Under the pieces are notes generated by a model. That model was not told the DNA's origin. It ran no database searches and saw only the letters and a program-made list of their open reading frames with translations. From Guillardia theta CCMP2712 (lineage: Eukaryota > Protista > Cryptophyta), in assembly GCF_000315625.1 (NCBI RefSeq), contig NW_005434671.1, positions 711,068 to 775,067 of the forward strand: 64,000 nt of DNA. Direction: 5' to 3'. Of the stretch, positions 52,546 through 64,000 are shown piece after piece. A program made the translations under genes and the position numbers. How positions within the stretch are numbered: position 1 is the first letter of the stretch; each line of letters starts with the position of its first letter.

Positions 52546-52754
52546 ACGCTGGCAGCTTCAGGAAGCAGGGCAGGAGGTACGTCATTGCGAGCGGCAAGAC
52601 GGGGAGCTGGACTGAGCTGGAGCTGGACTGAGCTGGAGTCCGGGTGGCAGGGGAGGAGAGGCAGCCGGGAGCAAATTTTTGGTTTCTTATGAATTTGGCC
52701 TTCAATATTCTTGCGATGTTTTAAACACGGTTTTAAAAGTCGCGAGCGCGCCCC

Positions 52755-54245
52755 TCACCCCAGCGAGCTCTCATTGGGAACAGCTCCCTTGCAGAGCTTC
52801 ATGAAGTACTTCTGCGCATGCGTGCGCACCTGGGTGACGCTCCTGGTCCCCACGTAGCTCGCGATGTCCTGCGCGTTCCCGTAGCCGAAGATCTTCATGG
52901 CCTCCAGGAACCGCTCGTGCTCCTGCTCCGTCCAGAACCTCGAGCGGCTCTGCCCCTCCGGCCCCTTGGGGCTCTGGAGCTTCTTCCCCTGCCCGCTGGC
53001 ATTGCTCTGCATGCCCAAGGAACTGGTAGAGGACACTCGGGAGAGGCCCTGCATATCGAAGGCGGAAGGGTTGGCGCAGTCTCCGTAGGGGAGGGACGAC
53101 AAATCGATCCCTCCTGGCAGAGCGTCGCTCGTCCTCGCGCTGAACTCATTTTGCTGGGACGGCTGATGAGGCTGCTGTCGCAGGAAGTTCCTGACGTCCA
53201 ACTCCCCCGTGGCTGCGAACTCGGCTCCCAACGAGGATCTCATCCCCACGTCAACCGCGGGCATCGCGTACCCCTGCCGCCAGCTCCCATCGCCCTCCTG
53301 TGCGAACGCCCACCAGTCTGCCGTCGGCATGCTCATATCCCCTGCCGGCCCTCGCTGCCTATCGCTTCCCTGCAGCTCTCGGAGGGCTGCATGCGCCGTG
53401 CTGAGCTGGAACGAAAGCTCCTGCACTTTGGCACGAGAGTTCTCCAGCTGCATCTTGAGAGTAGAATTTTCTCTGCTCAGCTCCATCGTCATCCGATGGA
53501 AGATAGCATCTACTTCCTCTCGGCTGCCCTGGTTCCCGAAGTTACTTCCTTCAGCCCTTCCTAGTTGCCCTTCCGGTCCATCCACACTTCCTTCTCCCTT
53601 CCCCAACTCCATGGGCGTCGTGCTGGGCTTCCTCTTTCCAAGCTTCCCATCGTCTTCGTCCTCGCCGGACATTTGCGAGAAGTTGGAGGCAAATGGTGAG
53701 ATCCTTTCCTCGATCTCGAATTCTGATTGGCCCATAGCAGCCTTCTGCTGCTGCTTCAGAGCATGCTTCTGAGCTGCCGCCTGCCACGAGCTGACAATCG
53801 CAGCCCCACCTACAAGGACGTTGTCTCCTCTCGACTTCTTGAGCGATTGAGGGAACGGCTGCACATCGCTAAAGTGGTCACCCTCTGCCCCACTGTCGGA
53901 ATGAAATCAGAATGTGGCAACGAGTCAAAAGGCATCTCTGCACAGAGAAGGAGGAGGGAGAAGAGCTACAGAGATGAAAACATCACAATCGGGTCACGGA
54001 GGACGTTAACCACCCATAGACGCCCATCCTCCCTCTCGAACAGCAACAGCGCAGGCCGAGGTATGAACCAACAAACACCACGAGAACCACCTGATATGCC
54101 TTGGGATGGGTACCCTCGGGTAGGACAATTCCATGTTCGCGTCCAAGTTGGTGCCATTCGAGTACATCTCGTCAACTGCGTTATCCAGCTTGTACGCCAA
54201 ACCAAGAGATGGCGCCGAAGGACTCTGAACGGAGATCTGCATCAT
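52755..54245 (-). CDS. SHAQKYF-class Myb transcription factor with a central coiled coil
   Basis: RFWTEQEHERFLEAMKIFGYGNAQDIASYVGTRSVTQVRTHAQKYF; 5' exon from ORF 54006-54245. Confidence 0.88.
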
Positions 54246-57200
54246 AATTTCGGGTCTCTATGTTGAGTAGTATTGTTCCATCCCACAACAAATTTCTGCA
54301 CAAATGAAGGTAAGATTCTGGCAGAGAAAACATGAATCAAGCTTCCTAAGACTCTAAGTCATCAACAGTGCAAGATTCTTGCTCATTCATGCAGGAAATG
54401 GGCGCGCAAGTTCTAGCTAACAAGCCACTACCTCTCAAAAAAGTCTAGAATCGCAAAATACATTCTTCGCAATGGGTTTCAGAGAGTTCTGACCCAATTC
54501 TACTCTAACTTTGATGTTATCCAGGAACAGTGTGGCTTTGGCGACATTTTCACCCAGCGGCTTCGAGCCCCAGGCCCTGTCCCGAGCTCTTCCAGCAGCA
54601 ACTAGCAACGTTCAGCTCTTCCATTTTTCACACGACGAACCCAATCATTATCGAATCTCCTTTCAAAACTCAACTTCCCCTGGTTGTCCCCCGCGTCCTT
54701 GAATGCCTTACTACACTCGTTACACCTTCCCTGTTCCTCCTGCTGCTGAACTGCACCTCCTGTACCACCTTTTCGTCTCCTGCTGCTTCTAGTCGCATTC
54801 ATACACTACATTCCTCTCACCCCTGCCTCTCATCCTCTCGGCCTCCGTCCGCTGCATTCCCTACATCCCCTCCACTGTACTGCATCTCACGCCTCCAATT
54901 AGCACATGCCCCCACCTACATGCTCACCCCACCCCTATTCCTCCCATTGCCCCACCCCCACCTACACCAGGACATCAAACAACAGGAATCTTCTCCCACC
55001 CTCCAAACGACCACCCCCATCCAGTTTTCCACCCTTCATCTGACCACCGTCCACCTGATATACCCCTTACACCCACCCACCTCCAGTTCGGAGATGACCG
55101 ATTACTACCCCTACCTACTCCAAAGTGTATTCGAGCTGCACCTTCTTTGCCATTTCAAAAGGACCCCTCCCTGCTAGTCTTTTGACCCTCGTTAAGGCCT
55201 TGAGACAGAGCTGAATCCGCACAGGACCCTCCCCCTTCCCGATCCCTACCCCTTTACAAACTCTCTAGTAAATCAGTACCCCAGTCCAAAGGGTCCACGA
55301 TATACCCCCACCACCCAAATATTCTTGTTTGTCGGAAACAACCCACCCTACCGTGGGTAATGTTCCCATACCCCTTGTGAGGTTCAGATATCATCACGAT
55401 CTCATGCACTACCCCACCCCCTCTACACCCAGGTCCTTGCCAGCCCCCACAATCTTGTTTTTGCCCCTGACGTTTAACCCCTTCTATTCACCTCTAAAGT
55501 ACCGGTGATGAGGAATGGGGGGGCAAAGGGGGTGGGGAGGGAGATCTGACATGACCCGACCCATGCTGAGGGGGGTAAGGGGGATTAAGGTCCCAAACGC
55601 AGACTGATTACCACCCTACCCTACATTTGAAAAGACATCTGACGAGAAAAAGGTGGTACTCGTGAAAAGTTACCACCCACCATGGGGAAAACAGTAATAA
55701 TGTACTCTCACCCCTACCATGCCTCATCGCCTCTCAAAAATGGACTACCCCTACACCGCATGTCTGACTCTCCTACCCTACCCCTCTCATCATAATCCGT
55801 TCATATCACCCCCATCTCAAGAGGATTCTACCCTACGTTTGCTCCATGAGCTTTCCTCAGCACCGGTACCCCAGTGGTAGTACCCAGGTATTCGAAACCC
55901 GTCGGGAAACGGGGCAAAAATTCAGAGGGGATAAAAACATTTTAAATCATCGATCGTTGCAAATTCGCATTGTTTGGTGATTCCCGTTTGGGTCATAGGC
56001 TGTCGTAAGATATCTTGGCCAAATGAGGGGGTGGGTGGCCATCAGTGAAAACTGTGACCAGGGGTACTGGTACAAACAAGTGGCCGGAATCGTGCAATAC
56101 CCCTACATATATATACAGAGTACCCCGTCCTTTCCCCACTCTGTTTCCTATCTGATTGACTTCCGGATTCCTGTTTGCAGGTAATTTCTACCATCTATAT
56201 CGGTGGAGGGGTAGAAGGACCGACAACCAGCAGTGCAAAGGGCAGGTGGGGGTGGTAGGAGCCATCCACATTTTATCTCACACGAGCCCTCTTTTTATGT
56301 GGTGATGCTGAAAAGTTGTCGTGGTGTCTACAAATGGGGGTGGTGCGAGGAGGTGGTGGGGTTAAAAAAGCATCCGAGGGGGTGGGGTATCGAGATTTTT
56401 CAAGGTTGTCATCATGGAAGGTGGACAGTCATCACGCGAGCTCACCTCAAGAATGTCCTCATCTTTGAAGCAAGGACAGCGAGGAGCTCCTCAGGAATTG
56501 ATTAGTCACAAGGGGTTTCCGAGATGTGACCTCTTCTCTTAAACTTCAAGGGGGAATATTTGAATTGTGACCCAAAAGGTTCTAAAAGTTTTTAAACCAT
56601 CGCAAGTCACGGGGCCTGTGACGTGAATTTTACCGTCTTTTTGTGACCCCTCTTATCACTAACGAACCCAGAAGCTTCAAGGGCACGGCGTTGGGTAGTG
56701 GTGGCTGCCGCCCCCGTTCCAGAGGACTCCAGAAGGAACGAGACCGTCTCTTTTGCAACCCATTCCATGATTCATCCGAATGAATGATTATCATAGTGCT
56801 TCCGGGCACTGCCGCGCCGCGCCGCCGGCCGGGCGGCCCGGCCGCCGGCCGCTCGGCGCAGTACCGGCGGCCCCCGGGGCCCTCAGTCCGGCGCCGGCGG
56901 CCGGGCCTCAGGCTCCGATTCGCGGACGTACTAGTGACCGTTCCGGTACGGTACGCCGGTACCGTACCGGGTCACTGTCACAGTGTGTGACCGTACCGTA
57001 GTACCGTGCAGACGGTTGACCGTTATCGAGTCACTGAGTCATGTGCGGCGGTGTAGTACACTCACGGTCGGACGGACTCGGAGCCTGTGAGGCTCCTGGC
57101 CGGGCCGGTTCTTTACTGTCGGTCAACTGCCATCACTCTCAGTCGGACCGTGACGGTCTCGAAGTTTGCGCTCGTCAGCTCCGGCGCGAGCTGAGACTGA

Positions 57201-57372
57201 AATGCTAGAGTCTGACAATGATGTCCGTACTACGGTACGGTCAGTCAGTGAGTGCCGCCGCCGGCAGCCTGGGCCGCGCCCGCCGCCGCGGGCATCGCCC
57301 GGCGGGGCCCCGGTACCCGGGCCCGGCCGGTGACACTGGGACGAGGACGGCAGGCCAAGTTACTGAAATTTA

Positions 57373-57380
57373 TTTCCCGC
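57373..57380 (+). promoter_or_regulatory. Putative E2F site TTTCCCGC upstream of MSH6
   Basis: Canonical consensus at the downstream edge of a GC island. Confidence 0.4.
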
Positions 57381-57505
57381 CATCGGAGCCGCTCGCAACT
57401 ACATGATCGGAGGAAACAAGACGGAGGAAAGAGCAGGGAGGGAGAGAGATGTCTCGTGTGGACAGGCAGACATACACGGATGCCTGCTTCCTACCTGACA
57501 TTGAC

Positions 57506-57660
57506 AGCAGGCAGGCAGGCAGGCAGGTAGGCAGGTAGGCAGGCAGGCAGGCAGGCAGGTAGGCAGGTAGGCAGGTAGGCAGGTAGGCAGGCAGGCAGGC
57601 AGGCAGGTAGGCAGGTAGGCAGGTAGGCAGTCGTTCAGTTAGGCAGGCAGGCGGGCAGGC
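57506..57660 (+). repeat. (GGCA/GGTA)n tetranucleotide microsatellite
   Basis: Directly visible. Confidence 0.95.
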
Positions 57661-58017
57661 GTCAATAGTCGGAAAAGGGACGAGAGGGATGCGCATGCTC
57701 GCACGGATGTGAAATGATTCATGAGATTCAAGCTACAAGAAAGTTGGTGCCCTGAAAGAAGAAGCGAGAAAAGAACGGATTTAGAATTGAGGAAGTCCCG
57801 ATGGCGAGATGGTTAGATTACCTGCTGCAGGCAATTCGGCGCTGAAATCACAGAGCAGTGAAGGTTAGACATCAAGCAGGACATCAAGGTCAATCTAGAA
57901 CGATAAGAGAACAGGTCCAGTTGTGTATGAGCAGGTCAACGTATCCTTGTTGATGAGTAGTCGCTTCCTCCGAAACCGGCTATCGATCTCATTCTTTGCT
58001 CTAGGTGGATCCGGGGC

Positions 58018-61000
58018 ATGCTGCGGCAAGCCTCCATCAAGTCATTCTTCACGGCGAAGAGCGATTGTTCTCCATCTCCTCAGCCGGACTTGCATGCCAA
58101 CAGCACGTTGAACGCCAGCCAGGCTGACGTCGCGCCATCGTCGAAATCGTCAGGATGCTCCCCGTCGCAGGTGAAGAAGTGTGCGACTCAATCCTCCCTT
58201 CTCTCCCCGACAGCAAGCCGACGCTCCCCCGACACGGCCTCATCGGAGGCCAAGACAGACAAAAAATCAAAGAAGTGCACCGACGCACTCATGGAACAGG
58301 GAACTTGTAAGCACCTCGAGCCCCTCCTGACAGAAGGAGAGCGCATCCCCCCCGCCATCGGATGCCTGGTCAAGGTTTTGTTCGATGAGGGCGACTGGTA
58401 CCAAGGCAAAATCACCCGCTATGACAGAGCGTCACAGTTGTGGCACGTGCAATTCGAGGATGGCGACGAGGATGATGTAAGGATCCCTTCGGAAGATGTG
58501 ATGGTCCTGCAGCAAGCGGAGGAGAACGCTGAACGTGACGTGCCGAAGACGAGGAGAAGCACCAGATCTTGCTCAACGAAAGCGATGAGGGTCGAGAAGA
58601 AGTACACGTTCGATCCCAGCAGCTCGGAATCGGAATCGGATGAAAAGGATAGGCAAACAAAGAGGAGGAGAATCAGGAGGGTGGTAGAGAGCGATAACTC
58701 AGAGGGTGAGGACAGATCCTATGAGGTCCCGCAAGCAAATAGCATGGAGGAAGAGGAGGATTCTTCGTCAGATGAAGAAACTGAAGCTCAGGATGTGAGA
58801 AGCAGCGAGGCGGCCGACGAGAGCATGGAGGTCGAAGACAGCCCGAAGAAAAAGCAACCGGTTGTCAACAAGAGCCAGACGAAAGGAAGCAGAACTTCCT
58901 CTGGTAGCGTTGGAAGTCTGAAATCTTTGATTCTCCCCGCCTCCAAAGCCTCGGGAAAAGAGAGGAGTGCTCCAACCGCTGGTAGCTCTCGAAGCAAGAA
59001 GCAGATTGATCTCTCTCCCTCCGAGGAAAGAAGGCTAGCTCGTGAAACAAAATTCGAAGCGATCAATCAGGAACGTTACAAATGGCTCGAGGATGTGAAA
59101 GATTCTAGTGGCAAGAGGCCTGGAGAGGACGGATACGACCCTCGGACCCTCTACATCCCAAGCTCGGCCTACTCCTCATTCACTCAATTCGAGAGACAGT
59201 TCTGGGACATCAAGAGGGAGAACTTTGATGTAGTGCTCTTCTTCAAGAAAGGGAAATTCTACGAGATGTTTGAGGGTGACGCCGACATTGGGCACAAGCA
59301 CTTGCACCTCAAGCTTACAGATCGCGTGAAGATGCGCATGTGCGGCATACCTGAAGGACAGTTCTCCACCTACGCCACGCGCCTCGTGGCAAGAGGCTTC
59401 AAGGTAGGCAGAGTCGAGCAGATGGAGACGTTGAATGCGATGCAAAAGCGAGCGAAGAGCAATGGGGTGAAGCAAGGGTCTCTGGTCTGTGAGAGAGAGC
59501 TCTGTCAGATCCTCACTCAAGGCACTTTAGTCGATGAGAGCATGCTGAGCTCCCCGCAGGCAAACTACATGCTGACCGTAAGTGTCGAGAGCCAATCCAG
59601 CACTCACATGGGCATCTGCTTGCTCGAGGCTTCCACCGGATATTTTTACCTCGGCGAGGTTGAAGATGATGAGATGCGAACTCAATTCGAGACCGTCTTG
59701 CTGAAGGCGAAGCCAAAGGAAGTCGTCTACCCCAAGGGCTGTCTGAACAAAATCTGCCTTAACATGATCCGAAGACATCTCGACAATCCCATCCTGAACG
59801 CTTTGCAACCTGGTGAACAGTTCTGGGACCACCAGCGGACCGTCACTGAACTAGAGAACGGATCGTACTTCTCTTCTCCCACTGAGGATGTCGATTCTTC
59901 TCATGGAAACTCAAGCAAGGGGCTTCCTGAGCAGCTCAATCAGATGGTGTCGGAGAGAAAGGAGTCTGCATTGTCGGCTCTCGGAGGGGCAGTGTGCTAC
60001 CTGCGCTCTCTGAAGCTGGACATGGAGCTCGTCTCCATGAAGAACTTCCGGCCCCTCCAGGAGTTCGATGGCTCCAGCAAGTCTTCTCTCATCATCGATG
60101 GGCAGACCCTGTGCAACCTCGAGGTCATCGAGAACTGCAGCGGAGGGACGGAGGGAACGCTGCTGAAGTTCTTGGATCGCTGCTCCACCGCCTTCGGGAA
60201 GCGGAAGTTCCGCAACTGGGTCTGCTCGCCACTGCAGGACGTCAGCGCCATCAACCTGCGGCTCGATGCTGCTGAGTTCTTCTCCTCTTCATCCGTGAGG
60301 AAGGAAATTCAGGCGAAGCTGAAGAAGCTGCCGGATGTGGAGAGGCACCTGTCGAGGGTGCACATGCATGGGACTGCACGGAAGCAAGGAGTCATGTTCG
60401 ACGACACTTCCGCCCGCAAGCTCCGCCTCTTCCTCCAGCTGCTCGAATCCTTGGACGTCGTGTGCGAGATCGCTGAGCTTGTGCAGGGCCTCAAGGAGGA
60501 CGGGGATGAGAGCGGGTCACGGGCTGCTCCCCGTCTGCCCCACGTCGACTTCCCGCAGGATCTCCGAGGGACATTGTCGAAGTTCAAGGGATCTTACGGC
60601 GATCTCCGCAAGGCGATGGAGGACGGGTTCATCACCCCCGAGAGTGGGGTCTATCAAGATTACGACAAGGCCATGGACCGACTGAAGGGGATCGAGAAAT
60701 TCTTCGAGGACGAGCTGCTGGTTCGCCCCGTCTCACTTTATCTGGTTCCCTCTAACGGCAAGTCCCAGGGGTGGAAAAAGAAGCTCGGGGAGCCCTCGTT
60801 GAGATTCTGGCACCCGGCAGGTCTGTACGGCTGATGGATGTGGAGAGAGAGAGAGCGAGAGCGAGAGAGAAGGGACAACGCGCGATCATTCCCTGTCACT
60901 GCCATGCTCCTGCTTCCCGTTCCTTTGCCTGCTTCCTTCTTCCTGCTCCCTTCTTGCTGGAATCACCGCTCTGCGTCGCTCCTGACTGTTGCCGGAGCAG

Positions 61001-63287
61001 CGGGGCGAGAGCCGTACCAGATCGAATTCCCCTCCAGCTTCTTCGAGGAGAGGAACAAGAAGCTGTCCAATGACTTCGAGGTGAGCGAACGTGATGACGT
61101 CACGTGGGTCGCCAACCCCTTGGCAGTTGAAGTCGCAAACCAGCAAGGTGAAGAGATATTGGACGGACTCCATCAGAGAGAAGGTGAACCCTCGGAGTAG
61201 ATGGACGGGCTATGGGGAGGAGAGGCAGAGGAGGAAGAGGAGGAAGAGGCAGGGGAAGTGACCATATGGTAGGTGTCGGAGCTCGTCGATGCCAGGGAGA
61301 CCTTGGACGAGATAAGGTCGGGGATGTCGAGGAGGATGCAAGTATGACATCCTGCTGCGAGTGGTTCTGTCTCATGCTCTTTGCAGATTGACTTCGACTC
61401 AAACTACAACGTAGCCTCTCCTGCTCCCTCGCATTTCTCGTTTGCTTCCCTCCTTCCGTAACCCCTCGTTGATGTCCTTGATAGCGGACTGATCCTTCCC
61501 TGGCATCCTCATCCTCGTCCTCATCCTCATCCTCATCTTCATCCTCATTACGTCTTGGAGCAGGTGTGGTCTCAGGCGGTGGAAGCCTGCGCGCATCTGG
61601 ACTGTCTGATCAGCCTGAGCTACACGTGCGAGGAGGAGGTGAGCTGCAGGCCGACGTTCTTGCCGGGGGATCAGGAGGAAGCACAAATCGAAGTATCCGC
61701 TCCTCCATCTCCACGTCTTCCTGATGGCTGCCGCAGCTGCGGGACTGTCGCCATCCGTGCATCAGCGCCATGGCGCGACAGACTTTCGTCCCCAACGATG
61801 TTGTGCTCGGAGCAGTAGCCTGCTCCGACGGATTCCAGAGGGCGTGTGTTGTGACGGGGCCGAACATGGGGGGGAAGTCGACGCTGCTTCGACAGACGTG
61901 CATCGCGGTCATCATGGCGCAGGTTCTGCCTCCTCTTGCCCTCCCTCCCCCTCCTGACCGTAGGGCAAAGATGGGAGCGTACGTGCCGGCTGCTTGCTGC
62001 AGGATGCGACCGGTCGACAGGATCTTCACGAGGATCGGAGCCAGCGATCGCATCATGGCGGGACAGTCGACGTTCATGGTCGAGCTGAGTGAAGTACGGA
62101 GAAGGAAGTTTCCTCTTGATGCCTGATGGGATTGGCAGACCTCTATCATCCTCCAGAACGCCACATCGAGGTGAGAGAGTAGCAAGAGGGAGGGAGGAGG
62201 AGGAGGAAAGAGAGAGGAGATGGTAAGGCAGGGACAGGAGAGTAGAAGAGCGGAGCAGAGAGCGGAACATGGCGGATGGGCGCAGAGGAGATGTTCTTGT
62301 GACCTGTTTGCTCTCTTGCAGGTCTCTCGTCATCCTTGACGAGCTCGGGAGAGGAACGAGCACCTTTGACGGCTACGCCATCGCCTACTCCGTCCTCTGC
62401 CACCTCGTCAAACAGTGAGGGAGCGAGGGCTCGCCCGCTCGTCTCAAGGCTAATGCAGGAACCGTCCTCTCCTGCTCTTCTCTACTCACTACAAGAGCAT
62501 CACCGATGAGTTCCGAGCAAGCAAGGTGGGATGATCCTCCCTGTCTCCTGCCCCTCCTCCCCCTTAGCTCCTCGTTCTGCTCTTGTGAATCAATGGGACC
62601 GCACAGGACGTGAGTTTGTGTCACATGGATTGCTTGGTCGACGAAGGGAGCCAGACCGTCACCTTCCTCTACAAGTTCAAGAGGTGAGGACGAGACTTTC
62701 TCCCTTCCTCCTCCTTCTTCCTCACTTCTCTTCTTCGCAGGGGTGTCGCCAGTGACAGCTACGGGCTCCACTGTGCAAAAGCAGCAGGTCGAATCCCTTG
62801 GATCACAACCTCCTTCCTCCTCCGCTTCATGCCTGAGCTCTTTCCCTTGCCCCTGCCCCTCCTCCCTTAACTTTCCACCTTTTCCCTTTCGTCTCTTTCC
62901 GCTGTTTCCCTTTCCTTGTTCCAGCCCTCTCCTCCTCTCACGCTGCTCCTCCAGGTCTGCCGCAGGCAGTGATCGCTCGAGCTCAAGCCTGCAAGTCCAG
63001 CCTGGAGACCCGCGGGAGCCTTCGAGTCTCTTCCCCCTCTCCTGCTCGCCCAGCTGACGCCTGCGGCAGGGACTACGGCAGCTCTCCCTCTTCAAGTCGG
63101 TCATCGAGCTCGCGGACAACCAAGTAAGAGGAGAGGAGAGCGGCGGGAGGGAGGAGAGAAGTTTGGAGTATGCGAGTGAAGGGGAAGGGAGCGAAGCTGT
63201 GGTTCTCTGACATGGCTCCAACAGGAGCTGCCGCGACATCTCGACCTGGAGGAGCTTGTGGGAGACGTGAAGGAATCTCTTGGATAG
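58018..63287 (+). CDS. MSH6: DNA mismatch repair protein MSH6 with PIP box and Tudor domain
   Basis: N-terminal QASIKSFF (PIP box), Tudor-like [16 protein letters not shown]...[71 protein letters not shown]. Confidence 0.96.
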
Positions 63288-63339
63288 TTCACTCCTCCCT
63301 CTCGCTCCCTCCTGTCCCTCTCTTGACCTCCTCGGCCAG

Positions 63340-63967
63340 CAGCACGCCAGTACCTGATGAGAACTTGAGCAGCAGACAGCTTGATCCCTCGACAGGATCG
63401 GGATGCCGAGAGGTGAAGGGGAGGGACAGGAGGGAGGCAGGAGGAAGGAGGCGGAGCTAGGAGGACAGGTGCATGCGGAGAGGCGGGTAGCTAGGAAAGG
63501 GTTTCCCACCTTCGAATTCTTTCTCGGTAAAAGCAGAAAAATCTTCGCCTTCTAACGTCATCAGCTGAAGAAGAGTCAGCCTCCCCCACCCTTCTCTCCC
63601 CGCTCCTTCTTTTCCCTCCTCCTCCAGTCTCCTACTTCTCTCCGCCACCTCCTCTACCTGTTCTCGCGTCCTCTTGGGCAGTTTGAGAAGTCTCTCAGCC
63701 TGGCGCATGCAGGCAATCTCCAGCAGGTTGCGCACAAACCTGGAGATCGCAGCTCAGCCATCGAGATTCAGCTGGGGGAGAGCTGGCACCTGGCGTTGCC
63801 GGACATGGGATCGTTGAGAGCAACTTGAGCATCGCAGAGGAGGACGAGGCGCCTCCTCGCCTCGTCGGAGAGTTGACACTGACGCGCCGCGAGCATTTTG
63901 CCGCGATCTCGACCAGTTCTGGACAACATGCGTGAGATCCACTGAGAGACGAGGGTAGCCTGACAGG

Positions 63968-64000
<33 letters not shown>
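63340..64000 (-). CDS. Partial 3' exons of an unidentified gene running off the window
   Basis: Exon-like segments (VRNLLEIACMRQAERLLKLPKRTREQ) with GT-AG boundaries; an (GGAGCA)n repeat at the window end is probably intronic. Confidence 0.35.

Overview
Gene-dense eukaryotic nuclear DNA with many short (about 40-60 nt) GT-AG introns. The gene set and style suggest a cryptophyte alga such as Guillardia theta; this is inference, not confirmed. I spliced about 18 protein genes by eye, so exon boundaries are approximate: a microbial (type-1) rhodopsin lacking the retinal-binding lysine, a GM130/AKAP9-like coiled-coil protein, kynureninase, an ODA-DC3-like EF-hand protein, CCDC97, a Zn2Cys6-like factor, a multi-EF-hand protein, an alpha2delta/CACHD1-like vWA-Cache membrane protein, an HNH-like protein, a Myb/SANT-like protein, a HEAT/ARM protein, CutA, EDRF1 (spanning a 367-N gap), RUVBL2, a plastid-targeted patatin with an EF-hand insert, a SHAQKYF Myb and Tudor-MSH6. 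The clearest accessory element is a 4.9-kb Mutator-like transposon (10079-14982) with about 28-bp TIRs and a 9-bp TSD. It is inserted 20 bp upstream of the CCDC97 ATG; its transposase appears to have lost the DD catalytic core but is fused to a Ulp1/SUMO-protease domain that retains all catalytic motifs. Recurrent GC-rich, palindrome-dense islands precede many genes and are often bordered by ACCC/GGGT-rich, CG-poor tracts.
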